In this document: positions 1-8,771 of the stretch, piece by piece | How positions within the stretch are numbered: position 1 is the first letter of the stretch | Layout of the letters: every line of letters begins with the position of its first letter | Origin: Patescibacteria group bacterium | GTDB lineage: Bacteria > Patescibacteriota > Minisyncoccia > Minisyncoccales > Staskawiczbacteraceae | DNA length: 64,000 bases | Assembly: GCA_018829965.1 (NCBI GenBank) | Contig: JAHJTG010000005.1 | Location: forward strand, 148,774-212,773 | Direction of reading: 5' to 3' | Position numbers and translations under genes: made by a program | The notes under the pieces: model-generated | What the model was told of the DNA's origin: nothing | Database searches by the model: none | Seen by the model: the letters and a program-made list of their open reading frames with translations, nothing else

Positions 1-934
1 GCATCTGGTCGTAAGCTTTCCTCACGACAAAAGGGTGTAGCCCGCTTTTTTTAGCAATTAAGTTATACGGAGTATTTCTTTCTGCTAAGTCTTTTACTAT
101 CAAAAGATTACGGAATTGATAGCCTATCATTGAAAGCAAATAAAGAGGAGCGTCTCCGTCTTCTAAGTGCTTATACAATAAGTTAAGCGCTTGTTTTTTA
201 TTCTTTTGAGCAATCGCATCAATGGTTTTAAAAATATCTGTTTCAATTTTCGGCTTCACTAATAATTTAACGTCTGCAATTGTAATAGTTTTATCCCGAC
301 TCTGTCCCGACCCTATCGAGGACTCTCGATGAAATCGGAGTCGAGTATCCTCGATGGTTCCGACTTTGTCGAGAATCCTCGACTTTGTCGAGACTTTGCC
401 ATCGGAATTCTTCTTAAAATTAGATAGCTTCTGCAATTCATTAGAAAGCCACCATAAATCTTCACCTACATAATCTAAAAGCAAATCTTGAGCTATAGGA
501 TCAATCTTAATATTCCGTGATTCAATTTCCTTCTTCACCCAATTACTTAATTTTACGCCGCTTAATGATTCAAACTCCTGAACCTTAGCGCTCTTTTTTA
601 AGAATTTTAATAATGAATCGCTTTTCTTAATTTTCTGTTCTTCGTATAAAACTACTATTTCTTCTGAATCCAGCATCTCTTTTACTATTTTTAAAAACTT
701 TTCTTTTAAATCTGCGTCATTAAAAAGATTTTTTACTACTACCAGCTTCTTTTCTTTAAATATTGAACTCTGGCGGGTTTCATCTGTTAAATTATCTATA
801 GAAAAACCTACTTCTTCAACATCGAGGAACTTTAAATTCAACCCGCTTTTATGGGTTTTCTTGTATTCTTCAATAATCTCATTCAATTTCTGGCGCGACC
901 TATATGAATCTTGGCCGTAAAGAAAAATAACCAT
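1..934 (-). CDS. holA: DNA polymerase III delta subunit; the N-terminal ~310 aa lie in the window and the gene runs off the left edge
   Basis: Minus-strand frame opening at ATG 934 (MVIFLYGQDSYRSRQKLNEIIEEYKK...LLSMIGYQFRNLLIVKDL). Layout is HolA-like. Absent from the ORF track because it is open at the window edge. Carries an in-frame GC-rich insert at ~294-414. Confidence 0.6.
   Translation of the reverse strand, partial: MVIFLYGQDSYRSRQKLNEIIEEYKKTHKSGLNLKFLDVEEVGFSIDNLTDETRQSSIFKEKKLVVVKNLFNDADLKEKFLKIVKEMLDSEEIVVLYEEQKIKKSDSLLKFLKKSAKVQEFESLSGVKLSNWVKKEIESRNIKIDPIAQDLLLDYVGEDLWWLSNELQKLSNFKKNSDGKVSTKSRILDKVGTIEDTRLRFHRESSIGSGQSRDKTITIADVKLLVKPKIETDIFKTIDAIAQKNKKQALNLLYKHLEDGDAPLYLLSMIGYQFRNLLIVKDLAERNTPYNLIAKKSGLHPFVVRKAYDQM
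294..414. repeat. GC-rich palindromic insert lying in-frame inside holA (family E-like)
   Basis: A local GC jump in an AT-rich gene. Multiple CTCGA/TCGAG hairpins, and gactttgtcgaga occurs twice. Encodes SDGKVSTKSRILDKVGTIEDTRLRFHRESSIGSGQSRD without breaking the frame. Confidence 0.6.
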
Positions 935-1058
935 GGTTTTAATAGACAATTTATTGTCTCTATAAATAGTTGTTTTTATTATACCAAATTCCAAAAAGAA
1001 CTGCCCGAAGATGGTCATCGAGCAGTTTTTGTATTTTAGAAAAATTTATAAAAATTAA

Positions 1059-1679
1059 TTATCCTGTTTTTTTAATATCCATATCCACACCAGATTTTTT
1101 AATCGAACTGATGTGCTTTTCTCTTTCCACTGAAGACTCGTTTATCTGCTTAATTTCCTTTTTTAAATTAATAACCTCGGTTTCACGACTTTTTACTAAA
1201 TTCTGAAGCGCATCTGATTCTTTAATCATTCTTTGAAGCTCCTGCGCTCTATTTTTCACTTTCTCTTCTAAATCATTCACCATCTCTTCTAGCTCCTGAG
1301 TTTTAGCTCTTATTCTTACGTCTGCTATTCCCTCAGCCTCTTGAGTAGCCATCTGGCTTTTTTGTAAATCTTCGGCTATTTTATTAAAAGCTTTTGCTAA
1401 TTCTCCAAATTCATCTTTTGTCTCTAAGTAAACTCTAGATTTTAATTCTCCCTTGCTTAATCGCTCAACCGTATCTAATAATTGTCTAACGGGTGAGGCA
1501 AACTTTTGGCCGATAGCAAATCCAAAAAGAAAGATAAAAATTGATACAAGAATAGATACGATATAAACTTCTATGGTTAAATTCCCATAATTAAGGGCGG
1601 TAAAAATAACCATAACAAAAAGCCCGACTATGATTATAGGAAAAGCTATATTAAATAAGATTGTTTTTTGTATCGTCAT
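1059..1679 (-). CDS. Membrane protein with two TM helices, a HAMP-like linker and a coiled coil; no output domain
   Basis: Two N-terminal hydrophobic helices, then PVRQLLDTVERLSKGELKSRVYLETKDEFGELAKAFNKIAEDL (HAMP-like), followed by heptad-rich sequence. Confidence 0.5.
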   Translation of the reverse strand: MTIQKTILFNIAFPIIIVGLFVMVIFTALNYGNLTIEVYIVSILVSIFIFLFGFAIGQKFASPVRQLLDTVERLSKGELKSRVYLETKDEFGELAKAFNKIAEDLQKSQMATQEAEGIADVRIRAKTQELEEMVNDLEEKVKNRAQELQRMIKESDALQNLVKSRETEVINLKKEIKQINESSVEREKHISSIKKSGVDMDIKKTG

Positions 1680-1687
1680 AATTAATT

Positions 1688-2614
1688 TTATAATAATGAT
1701 TTTTGCTTACTGATATTTGATTGATCTCCCGCAAGCGGAAGCTTGTTAATAAGGCTGTTGAACTCAAACTTTGAGAAAACGCTTTCAACTTCTTTTTTAT
1801 TAAAGCTATTAAAACGGCACTGCTCTAAATTGAAATCCATATCAACATCTTTTTTCATTTCCACTAATTCTCTCGCCAATAATGCCTGCTCTTTATATTT
1901 CAATAAGATTTCTTTTATCCTGTGCTTAATATCTGGATTATCGTTTTTTATCTCTTTATATATATTCTCTAAATTACTAAATTTTTGCAACAATTCAGAT
2001 GCTGTTTTCTGTCCTATCCCTAGGACTCCAGGAATATTGTCTGAAGAATCGCCAACCATGGCCTTAAAATCAATCATCTGGCTAGATTTTATTGAATATC
2101 TGGAGAAAACCTTTTCTTCGTCGTAAATAACAGTATCTTTGATGCCACGGCCTAAGGTATAGACTTTTACGATATTATTAACCAATTGGATATTATCAAG
2201 ATCTCCGCTTAATATATATATCTCAGACAATTCTTTCTTTTTAGAACTACCTACGGCAATAGTAGCTATCAAATCATCTGCTTCAAATCCTTCTTTGGCA
2301 AAAATTGGAATTTTGAAAACCTCTAATATTTCTTTTGTCTTAGGAATTTGAGTTACGATCTCCCCTGGTGTTTTCGGCCTCTGCGCCTTATACTCTTTAA
2401 ACCTTTTATGGCGAAATGTCGGGGCAGGAGTGTCAAAACAAGCAACAATATATCCAGGATTTAAATCTTTTATAGCTTTAAAAAGCGTTAATAGAAATCC
2501 GTAAACAGCGCCTGTCTGTTCGCCGTTCTTAGTGGCTAGTGGCGGCAAGGCATGAAAAGCTCGGTGTAAAAGTGCGTTGGAATCAATAATGAGTAATCGC
2601 TTTTGGTCTGCCAT
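1688..2614 (-). CDS. 5'-3' exonuclease / flap endonuclease (stand-alone Pol I N-terminal domain type)
   Basis: LLIIDSNALLHRAFHA, FDTPAPTFRHKRFKEYKAQR and GDSSDNIPGVLGIGQKTA motifs. 308 aa. Confidence 0.85.
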   Translation of the reverse strand: MADQKRLLIIDSNALLHRAFHALPPLATKNGEQTGAVYGFLLTLFKAIKDLNPGYIVACFDTPAPTFRHKRFKEYKAQRPKTPGEIVTQIPKTKEILEVFKIPIFAKEGFEADDLIATIAVGSSKKKELSEIYILSGDLDNIQLVNNIVKVYTLGRGIKDTVIYDEEKVFSRYSIKSSQMIDFKAMVGDSSDNIPGVLGIGQKTASELLQKFSNLENIYKEIKNDNPDIKHRIKEILLKYKEQALLARELVEMKKDVDMDFNLEQCRFNSFNKKEVESVFSKFEFNSLINKLPLAGDQSNISKQKSLL

Positions 2615-2626
2615 TTTTTTATTTTA

Positions 2627-3082
2627 TCACCTAAGAGAAACTTTAGCAAAACTTATCTGACGCTTATTTTTATTTATAAGTTTAAACTTAATAAACATGG
2701 CTTCTGACGGTAAAATATCTCTGATTTTATCAGCCCACTCAAGAGCAATAATATTTTCTGGATTAGATATGATCTCCTCAAAACCTAATTGCACTAACTC
2801 TTTAGGGGACTGCAACCTATAACAATCAATATGATAAAAATTATCAAAAGGTGTTTCTCCTTTTATTTTAAATCTTTTTAAAATAACAAAGGTCGGGCTT
2901 AAAACTTTTTCTTTAACACCAAGACCCTTGGCAAACCCTTGCAAAAAAGTTGTTTTGCCGCTACCTAAATCTCCTTCTAAACCAATAACAACAGCTTTCT
3001 TGCTTTTAATAAGCTGTTTAACTAAATTCTCACCCATTTTTTGGGTTGCTCTAGCGCTATTGGTTATTCTTTTTTTTAGCAT
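2627..3082 (-). CDS. tsaE: tRNA t6A37 biosynthesis ATPase TsaE
   Basis: 151 aa. P-loop GDLGSGKTTFLQG and SPTFVILKRF...HIDCYRL motifs. Confidence 0.8.
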   Translation of the reverse strand: MLKKRITNSARATQKMGENLVKQLIKSKKAVVIGLEGDLGSGKTTFLQGFAKGLGVKEKVLSPTFVILKRFKIKGETPFDNFYHIDCYRLQSPKELVQLGFEEIISNPENIIALEWADKIRDILPSEAMFIKFKLINKNKRQISFAKVSLR

Positions 3083-3161
3083 TTTTTAAAAGCACTTTTA
3101 AAAAAATTTACTTTTTTTAAAATTGACTTGTCAGATAAAATAATGTAATTTAGACTAAACT

Positions 3162-3893
3162 ATGGATATTTTTCAAGAGGCAAAAAACCTTATTAATAAC
3201 TCTCAAAATATATATATTTTCTCCTCTGAAGAACGAGAAGAAAGCATAACAAGCGCTTTAGCCCTTTTTTATACTTTAAAGGATTTGAATAAAAATGTAA
3301 ATTTAACGTTAGAGAAAGTTCCTTCAAGGTTGAAGTTTTTAATACCTTCTCTAGACCATATTACCTACCCTAAAAACCTCTCCATCTCTATCCCTAAAGC
3401 CTCTGCTGAAATCTCTCAAATTCGTTATGAAAAAAACGAAGACAATTTAAAATTCTACTTAACAGTAGATAAAGGGAACATCAAGAAGAGCGATGTTTCT
3501 TTTTGTTTTACAGAACTTAAGTTAGACTTAATAATAACAGTGGGATTGAAGGATTTAGGAGAGATCAAGAATTCTAACTCTTTTAATAACGCTGTTTTAT
3601 CTGATTTAACAATTTTAAATATTGACAACCAGAAAGAAAACCTAAATTTTGGTAGAATAAACCTATTAAAAGATAACGAATCGTTATCCGAGCTAACTTT
3701 CAACTTTATAAAATCTATCAGCGAAAACTTGGTGAAGAAAGAGGTTGCCACAATCCTTCTAGCTGGCATAATTATTGCTTCTGACAACTTTAAGAGCGAT
3801 AACACTTCCCCTCAATTATTAGAAGCATCAGCTAGTTTAATAAAAAAAGGGGGCAATCATCAAGAAATTATTAGTAATCTATGTAAAAATTAA
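3162..3893 (+). CDS. Degenerate DHH/DHHA1 (NrnA-like) family protein
   Basis: NrnA-like layout (IYIFSS...SALALFYTLKDLNKNVNL; C-terminal LLAGIIIASDNFKSDNTSP...LIKKGGN). The DHH metal motif is replaced. Its stop overlaps the pilB start (TAATG). Confidence 0.4.
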   Translation: MDIFQEAKNLINNSQNIYIFSSEEREESITSALALFYTLKDLNKNVNLTLEKVPSRLKFLIPSLDHITYPKNLSISIPKASAEISQIRYEKNEDNLKFYLTVDKGNIKKSDVSFCFTELKLDLIITVGLKDLGEIKNSNSFNNAVLSDLTILNIDNQKENLNFGRINLLKDNESLSELTFNFIKSISENLVKKEVATILLAGIIIASDNFKSDNTSPQLLEASASLIKKGGNHQEIISNLCKN

Positions 3894-5212
3894 TGGAAAC
3901 AATAAACTCGCAAAAACTATTAGGCGCTATTGAAATCTCTGCTGAAATTTTTGAAAAGATAAAAAAAGAAGCAAAAAATATTGCTGATTTCAAAAAAAGA
4001 TTAGAGGAATATTTAAGCCAAAAGGTGTCAGATATCATTGACGTTCTTTTCGCAGGAGCGATAACATTAGGGGCATCAGATATCCATATAGAGCCCCAAG
4101 AAGAACAAGCGCGATTAAGAGTAAGGTTGGATGGCGTACTACAAGATGTTTTGTTTTTTGACCTAAAGATATACCATAATTTAGTTTCCCGCATAAAACT
4201 TCTTTCTAAAGTAAAACTGAATGTCACTGATAAACCGCAGGACGGAAGATTTTCAATTTTAATCAACGAATTGCCGATTGAAATCAGAACATCCTCTTTG
4301 CCTTCAGAATACGGCGAGTCAATCGTAATGAGAATTTTAAACCCAAAGAGTTTAATCGGTTTAGAAGAATTAGGTTTAAGAAAAGACCTCTATGAAATTT
4401 TTAAAAAAGAAATTCAAAAGCCAAATGGCATGATAATCGTTACTGGGCCAACTGGGTCTGGTAAAACAACCACTCTTTATGCTTTTTTGAAAAAAATCCA
4501 AAATCCAGAAATCAAAATTATTACCATTGAAGACCCTATTGAATATCATCTGCAAGGAATATCCCAAACGCAAGTTGCTCCGGAAAAAGGATATGATTTT
4601 AGCGAAGGTCTACGATCTATTGTCAGACAGGACCCTGATGTTATCCTTGTCGGTGAAATAAGAGACCTGGAGACGGCAAAGATTGCATTACAGGCTGCCC
4701 TAACAGGCCACCTAGTATTAAGCACGCTACATACTAATGACGCTGCAGGAACTATCCCGCGTCTTGTGGACCTAGGAGCAGACACTGCTTCAATCGCTCC
4801 CGCGTTAAATATGGCTGTTGCTCAAAGATTAGTAAGAAAGGTTTGCCCGAAATGCTCCGCCTTGTCAAAACCAACCGCGGAAGAATTTAAAGAAATTGAA
4901 AAGGGTTTAATTAATTTACCAAAGAGTATAGAAGTGCCTAAAATAGACAAAGATTTAAAAATTTCTAAAATTAAGGCGGGTGGATGTGAACATTGTAATT
5001 TTACTGGTTATAAAGGGAGGAAAGGTTTATTCGAAGTCTTTTTAATAGATAACGAGGTAGAAAGATTTATATTAACCAACCCGCCAATATCAGCTGTTAG
5101 GGATTTAGTTATAAAAAAAGGCATGATAACTATGTATCAGGCCGGGTTAATTGATATAATTTTAGGAGAAACTACCTTAGAAGAAGTTAAAAAAATTGTT
5201 GGCGAAGAGTAG
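3893..5212 (+). CDS. pilB: GspE/PilB-family type II/IV secretion (type IV pilus assembly) ATPase
   Basis: Walker A GPTGSGKTTTLY, Asp box EDPIEY, Walker B DPDVILVGEIRD, His box LSTLHTNDA, and the tetracysteine CPKC...CEHC. Confidence 0.85.
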   Translation: METINSQKLLGAIEISAEIFEKIKKEAKNIADFKKRLEEYLSQKVSDIIDVLFAGAITLGASDIHIEPQEEQARLRVRLDGVLQDVLFFDLKIYHNLVSRIKLLSKVKLNVTDKPQDGRFSILINELPIEIRTSSLPSEYGESIVMRILNPKSLIGLEELGLRKDLYEIFKKEIQKPNGMIIVTGPTGSGKTTTLYAFLKKIQNPEIKIITIEDPIEYHLQGISQTQVAPEKGYDFSEGLRSIVRQDPDVILVGEIRDLETAKIALQAALTGHLVLSTLHTNDAAGTIPRLVDLGADTASIAPALNMAVAQRLVRKVCPKCSALSKPTAEEFKEIEKGLINLPKSIEVPKIDKDLKISKIKAGGCEHCNFTGYKGRKGLFEVFLIDNEVERFILTNPPISAVRDLVIKKGMITMYQAGLIDIILGETTLEEVKKIVGEE

Positions 5213-5300
5213 ACCTTTTAGGATATATAATTACGACGCTCGGTCAAAAAGTAAAAATAAATTTTTCCTTTTTTCCCTCGTTTGTAATTATAAAAAAACA

Positions 5301-5426
5301 GCTCTACAATTGGAGGCGTCCTTATGTCTGGGACACAAGACGGACCTATCTGAGGAATAATCAAGCCGGAGCCAAATTACCCAAAATCGAGATAAACCCA
5401 ATAACACACGCCTCCAACTACAGAGC
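5301..5426. ncRNA. Candidate structured RNA of unknown class in the pilB-ruvB spacer
   Basis: GCTCTACAATTGGAGGCGT (5301-5319) pairs with ACGCCTCCAACTACAGAGC (5408-5426). Together they close a ~125-nt segment that is visibly GC-richer than its flanks and has internal hairpins (GTCT-GGGACACA-AGAC). No ORF. Confidence 0.3.
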
Positions 5427-5470
5427 TATTAATTTGTTACAAAAGCCTATTATGGCAAAAGTATAAACTT

Positions 5471-6514
5471 ATGTCAAGACCCTTAGACCCTTCACCTTTT
5501 TTAAAAGGTGAACAGGTAGACCAAAAACCCAAAGAAGATGAGATTTTAGACTCTGCTTTAAGGCCCAACAATTGGGAGGAATATATCGGGCAAGAGAGCA
5601 TTAAACAGAATATTAAGATAATTGTTACAGCTGCCAAGCAGAGAAATCAATCCCCTGACCACCTTCTTTTGTGCGGAAACTCTGGATTAGGAAAAACCAC
5701 ACTAGCCTATCTTATAGCAAAAGAAATGGGCAAGCCAGTTAGAGTTACTTCCGGCCCTGCACTTGAAAGAGCCGGGGATTTAGTTGCCATATTAACCAAT
5801 CTCTCTGATGGAGAGGTTTTATTTTTAGACGAATGCCACCGCATTAATAAAATAACAGAGGAATATTTGTATCCTGCTATGGAAGATTACAAATTAAACC
5901 TAATATTGGGAAAAGGCCCTATGGCAAGAACCATGGAATTAAAAATACCGCACTTTACTTTAATCGGAGCTACAACAAAACCCGCCCTATTATCCTCTCC
6001 TTTAAGAAATCGCTTTGGCGCGACATTTCAACTTAATTTTTACGAGAATAAAGATATAGAAAAAATTATTGAAAGATCTAGCAGGCTTTTGAATATAAAA
6101 ACGGAAAAGGATGCTATAAAAATTATTGCCCAAAGATCTCGTTTCACTCCCAGAGTAGCCAATAGGCTTTTAAAAAGGGTGCGAGATTTTGCAGAAGTAG
6201 AGGGAGATGGAATTATAAATAGAGAAGAAGCAGAAAGAGCTTTAGGTTCTCTAGAAATAGACGAAATGGGGCTAGAGCCATCTGACAGAAGAATTATAGA
6301 GGCAATAATTCATAAATTTAATGGCGGACCAGTTGGAGTCCAAGCTTTAGCCTCTGCTGTGCGAGAAGAAGAAGATAGTATTTTAGATATTAATGAGCCA
6401 TATTTAATGCAATTAGGTTTTATTGAAAGAACTCCTCGCGGAAGAATAGCCACAAAACTTGCCTACGAACATTTCGGCATAAAATATCCCTCAAACCAAA
6501 ACAATCTGTTTTAA
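5471..6514 (+). CDS. ruvB: Holliday junction branch migration helicase RuvB
   Basis: GNSGLGKTTLA, LFLDECHR and the C-terminal winged-helix region. 347 aa. Confidence 0.95.
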   Translation: MSRPLDPSPFLKGEQVDQKPKEDEILDSALRPNNWEEYIGQESIKQNIKIIVTAAKQRNQSPDHLLLCGNSGLGKTTLAYLIAKEMGKPVRVTSGPALERAGDLVAILTNLSDGEVLFLDECHRINKITEEYLYPAMEDYKLNLILGKGPMARTMELKIPHFTLIGATTKPALLSSPLRNRFGATFQLNFYENKDIEKIIERSSRLLNIKTEKDAIKIIAQRSRFTPRVANRLLKRVRDFAEVEGDGIINREEAERALGSLEIDEMGLEPSDRRIIEAIIHKFNGGPVGVQALASAVREEEDSILDINEPYLMQLGFIERTPRGRIATKLAYEHFGIKYPSNQNNLF

Positions 6515-6521
6515 AGGTTTA

Positions 6522-7739
6522 ATGAAAAGACATTTTTTTCTATTTGTAATTCTATTTTTATTATTCCCTTTTATTAGTAGCGGAGAAAGCGCTCCCGCTG
6601 TTGTTATCAACGAAATTGCATGGATGGGTACGGGTATTTCGGCGAATGACGAATGGATAGAGATGTATAATAATACAAACAACTCTATAAATTTTGATAG
6701 TTGGCAGCTAATTGCTCAAGACGGAACGCCAAAAATCAGCCTATTTGGAACAATCCCCGCTAATGGTTTTTATTTATTGGAAAGAACAAACGATGATACG
6801 GTGCCGGGGATTTCGGCTGATAAAATTTATACCGGCGCCTTGGGAAATGGCGGGGAAGATTTAAAACTTTATAATAGCTCTGGGAATTTAATTGACGAAG
6901 CCGATTGTTCTACAAAATGGCTTGCTGGCGACAATACCACAAAACAAACGATGGAAAAAACTCCTACTGGCTGGCAAACCAGTGAAAACCCGGGAGGGAC
7001 ACCGAAAGCGATCAACGAGAATCAAGAATTAAAAGATAAACCGACAGAGGATATTCCTCTGCTAACTAATCAAATAGCAGAAACGAACCTAACCGAAACC
7101 ATAGAATACCCTAGTGGCATTGTTTTTAATGAAATAATGCCAAACCCTGATGGACCTGACGAGCGAAATGAATGGATTGAATTATATAATGAAAACAATT
7201 TTGAAGTTGATATTTCTGACTGGAAAATTCATGATACCGAAGGAAAAATTACTAATTATATTTTTCCAGATGAAACAAAAATAAAACCAAACGGATATAT
7301 TATACTGACAAGACCTATAACAAAAATTACTTTAAATAATACAAAAGATGGATTGGTTTTTATGCAGCCAGATAGGAAAATAGCTAACGAAGTTAATTAT
7401 CAAAACGCGCCGAAAAATCAATCTTATAATAAAACGAGCTCCGGCTGGCCCGCCAGCAACGCTTCGCTTCGCTCGCGTAGCGATGCGGGCTGGGTATGGA
7501 GCGAAATATTAACTCCGAACTCAAAAAATATTATTTCTACAAAATCTAAAATAGCAGACGAAAAGACTATTACACCAAAAAATGAAGAACTGGGCAAAGA
7601 AAAATTATTGGCATCATTAAGCCAAGACAATGACAAAAAAAGTGATTTTAAAAATACATTCTTTATTGCTATCGGGGTTATTATTTTTTCCGCTACAACT
7701 TTTTATTTTTCAAAAAAGGCTCTAATAAAAATTACTTGA
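6522..7739 (+). CDS. Secreted protein with two lamin-tail-domain (LTD) repeats and a C-terminal TM anchor
   Basis: Signal peptide. INEIAWMGT...DEWIEMYN and FNEIMPNPDG...NEWIELYN LTD signatures. C-terminal hydrophobic helix. In-frame GC-rich insert at ~7440-7500. Confidence 0.6.
   Translation: MKRHFFLFVILFLLFPFISSGESAPAVVINEIAWMGTGISANDEWIEMYNNTNNSINFDSWQLIAQDGTPKISLFGTIPANGFYLLERTNDDTVPGISADKIYTGALGNGGEDLKLYNSSGNLIDEADCSTKWLAGDNTTKQTMEKTPTGWQTSENPGGTPKAINENQELKDKPTEDIPLLTNQIAETNLTETIEYPSGIVFNEIMPNPDGPDERNEWIELYNENNFEVDISDWKIHDTEGKITNYIFPDETKIKPNGYIILTRPITKITLNNTKDGLVFMQPDRKIANEVNYQNAPKNQSYNKTSSGWPASNASLRSRSDAGWVWSEILTPNSKNIISTKSKIADEKTITPKNEELGKEKLLASLSQDNDKKSDFKNTFFIAIGVIIFSATTFYFSKKALIKIT
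7440..7500. repeat. GC-rich palindromic insert in-frame inside the LTD gene (family E)
   Basis: ggctggcccgccagcaacgcttcgcttcgctcgcgtagcgatgcgggctggg. Related to the jag copies (gcttcgc...tagcgatgc(a/g)ggc). Encodes SSGWPASNASLRSRSDAGWVWS. Confidence 0.6.
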
Positions 7740-7848
7740 CCCTTCACCAATTTCAGCAGAGAATCATTGTAATAGTTTGTACAATATGCGAAGCGCCTGC
7801 GGCTGTCATTGTTAGTGTTCATTTTCTGTTGTAAAAATTGGTGAAGGG
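7740..7848. mobile_element. MITE-like element, family D (CCCTTCACC termini), flanked by a TTGA duplication
   Basis: Terminal inverted repeats CCCTTCACCAATTT (7740-7753) and AAATTGGTGAAGGG (7835-7848). TTGA sits at 7736-7739 and again at 7849-7852. Confidence 0.7.
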
Positions 7849-7900
7849 TTGACAAGACCTGTAATAAAAATTACGTTAAATGCGTCAATAACGTTCTGGC

Positions 7901-8000
7901 AACACCGGGTGTTGAGCGTTCCATGTTGAGCGTTCCACGGGTGTTTCCACGTTTCAACACCGGGTGTTGAGCGTTGTTGAGCGTTCGTGTTGAGCGTTCC
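7901..8000. repeat. Tandem/interspersed GTTGAGCGTT(CC) repeat array upstream of yebC
   Basis: At least five copies of gttgagcgtt and two copies of aacaccgggtgttgagcgtt within 100 bp. Confidence 0.8.
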
Positions 8001-8037
8001 ATTTATTGTTTTAAAAACATTTAATTAAATATTAATT

Positions 8038-8769
8038 ATGTCAGGACACTCACATTTTAAAACAGTCAAAGCGACGAAAGAGGCAGATGCCGTAAAAAGA
8101 GGCAAGGCTTTTGCTAAAGTTGGGAAAGTAATCGCAATTGCAGCAAAAGAAGGGCCGGACCCAATTACTAACTCAAAATTACGGGTAGCAATTGAGCAAG
8201 CCAAGATAGTAAACATGCCTAAAGAAAATATTGAAAGGGCGATTAAGCACGGGACTGGAGAATTAGCTGGTGAGAGCTTAGAAGAAGTAGTTTTTGAGGG
8301 ATTTGGACCTGGTGGGATAGCAGTTATTGTGGAAGGAATTACTGATAATAAAAATCGAACATTAGGCGATATAAAACAGATATTAGGACAGCATAACGGA
8401 AAATTAGCTGGCGAAGGCGCTGTAAAATGGATGTTTGAGAGAAAGGGCTGTATAGTTGTGGATTTAAAGTTGCAAAGCGAAGGCTGGGAGAATAAAGAAA
8501 AATTAGAAACAATGGCGATTGAGGCCGGCGCAGATGATATTTATTGGCAGGAAGACAATTTAGATATTTATACAAAACCAGAGGATTTAGAAAATGTAAA
8601 AAAGTCTTTGGAAGCAAAAGAAATTAAAATAGAAGCTTCTTTTCTCGGCTGGGTGCCAAAAGATACAGTAGCAATAGACGAAAGGGCAAAGAACGATTGC
8701 CAGAAACTATTTGAAGCCTTAGACGAAAACGATTCAGTCCAAGAAATATATTCTAATACTAAAGATTAA
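8038..8769 (+). CDS. yebC: YebC/PmpR family DNA-binding transcriptional regulator
   Basis: MSGHSHFKTVKATKEADAVKRGKAFAK...VAIEQAKIVNMPKENIERAI. Confidence 0.9.
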   Translation: MSGHSHFKTVKATKEADAVKRGKAFAKVGKVIAIAAKEGPDPITNSKLRVAIEQAKIVNMPKENIERAIKHGTGELAGESLEEVVFEGFGPGGIAVIVEGITDNKNRTLGDIKQILGQHNGKLAGEGAVKWMFERKGCIVVDLKLQSEGWENKEKLETMAIEAGADDIYWQEDNLDIYTKPEDLENVKKSLEAKEIKIEASFLGWVPKDTVAIDERAKNDCQKLFEALDENDSVQEIYSNTKD

Positions 8770-8771
8770 CT

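Noticed and set aside
1743-2126. Antisense 'shadow' ORFs listed in the track. Examples: 1743..2126, 3455..3805, 3871..4266, 4376..4785, 8339..8617, 13160..13351, 14461..14661, 18898..19200, the many frames at 20117..22701, 23150..23701, 29480..30177, 36169..36466, 38241..39119, 40379..40561, 49019..50017, 51209..52588, 58043..58522, 59330..59641 and 61873..62148.
   Set aside because: Each lies entirely inside a longer ORF on the opposite strand or another frame, and that longer ORF has clear family motifs. Their sequences are low-complexity (Ser/Phe/Leu-rich), as expected from the reverse complement of Lys/Glu-rich AT-rich genes.
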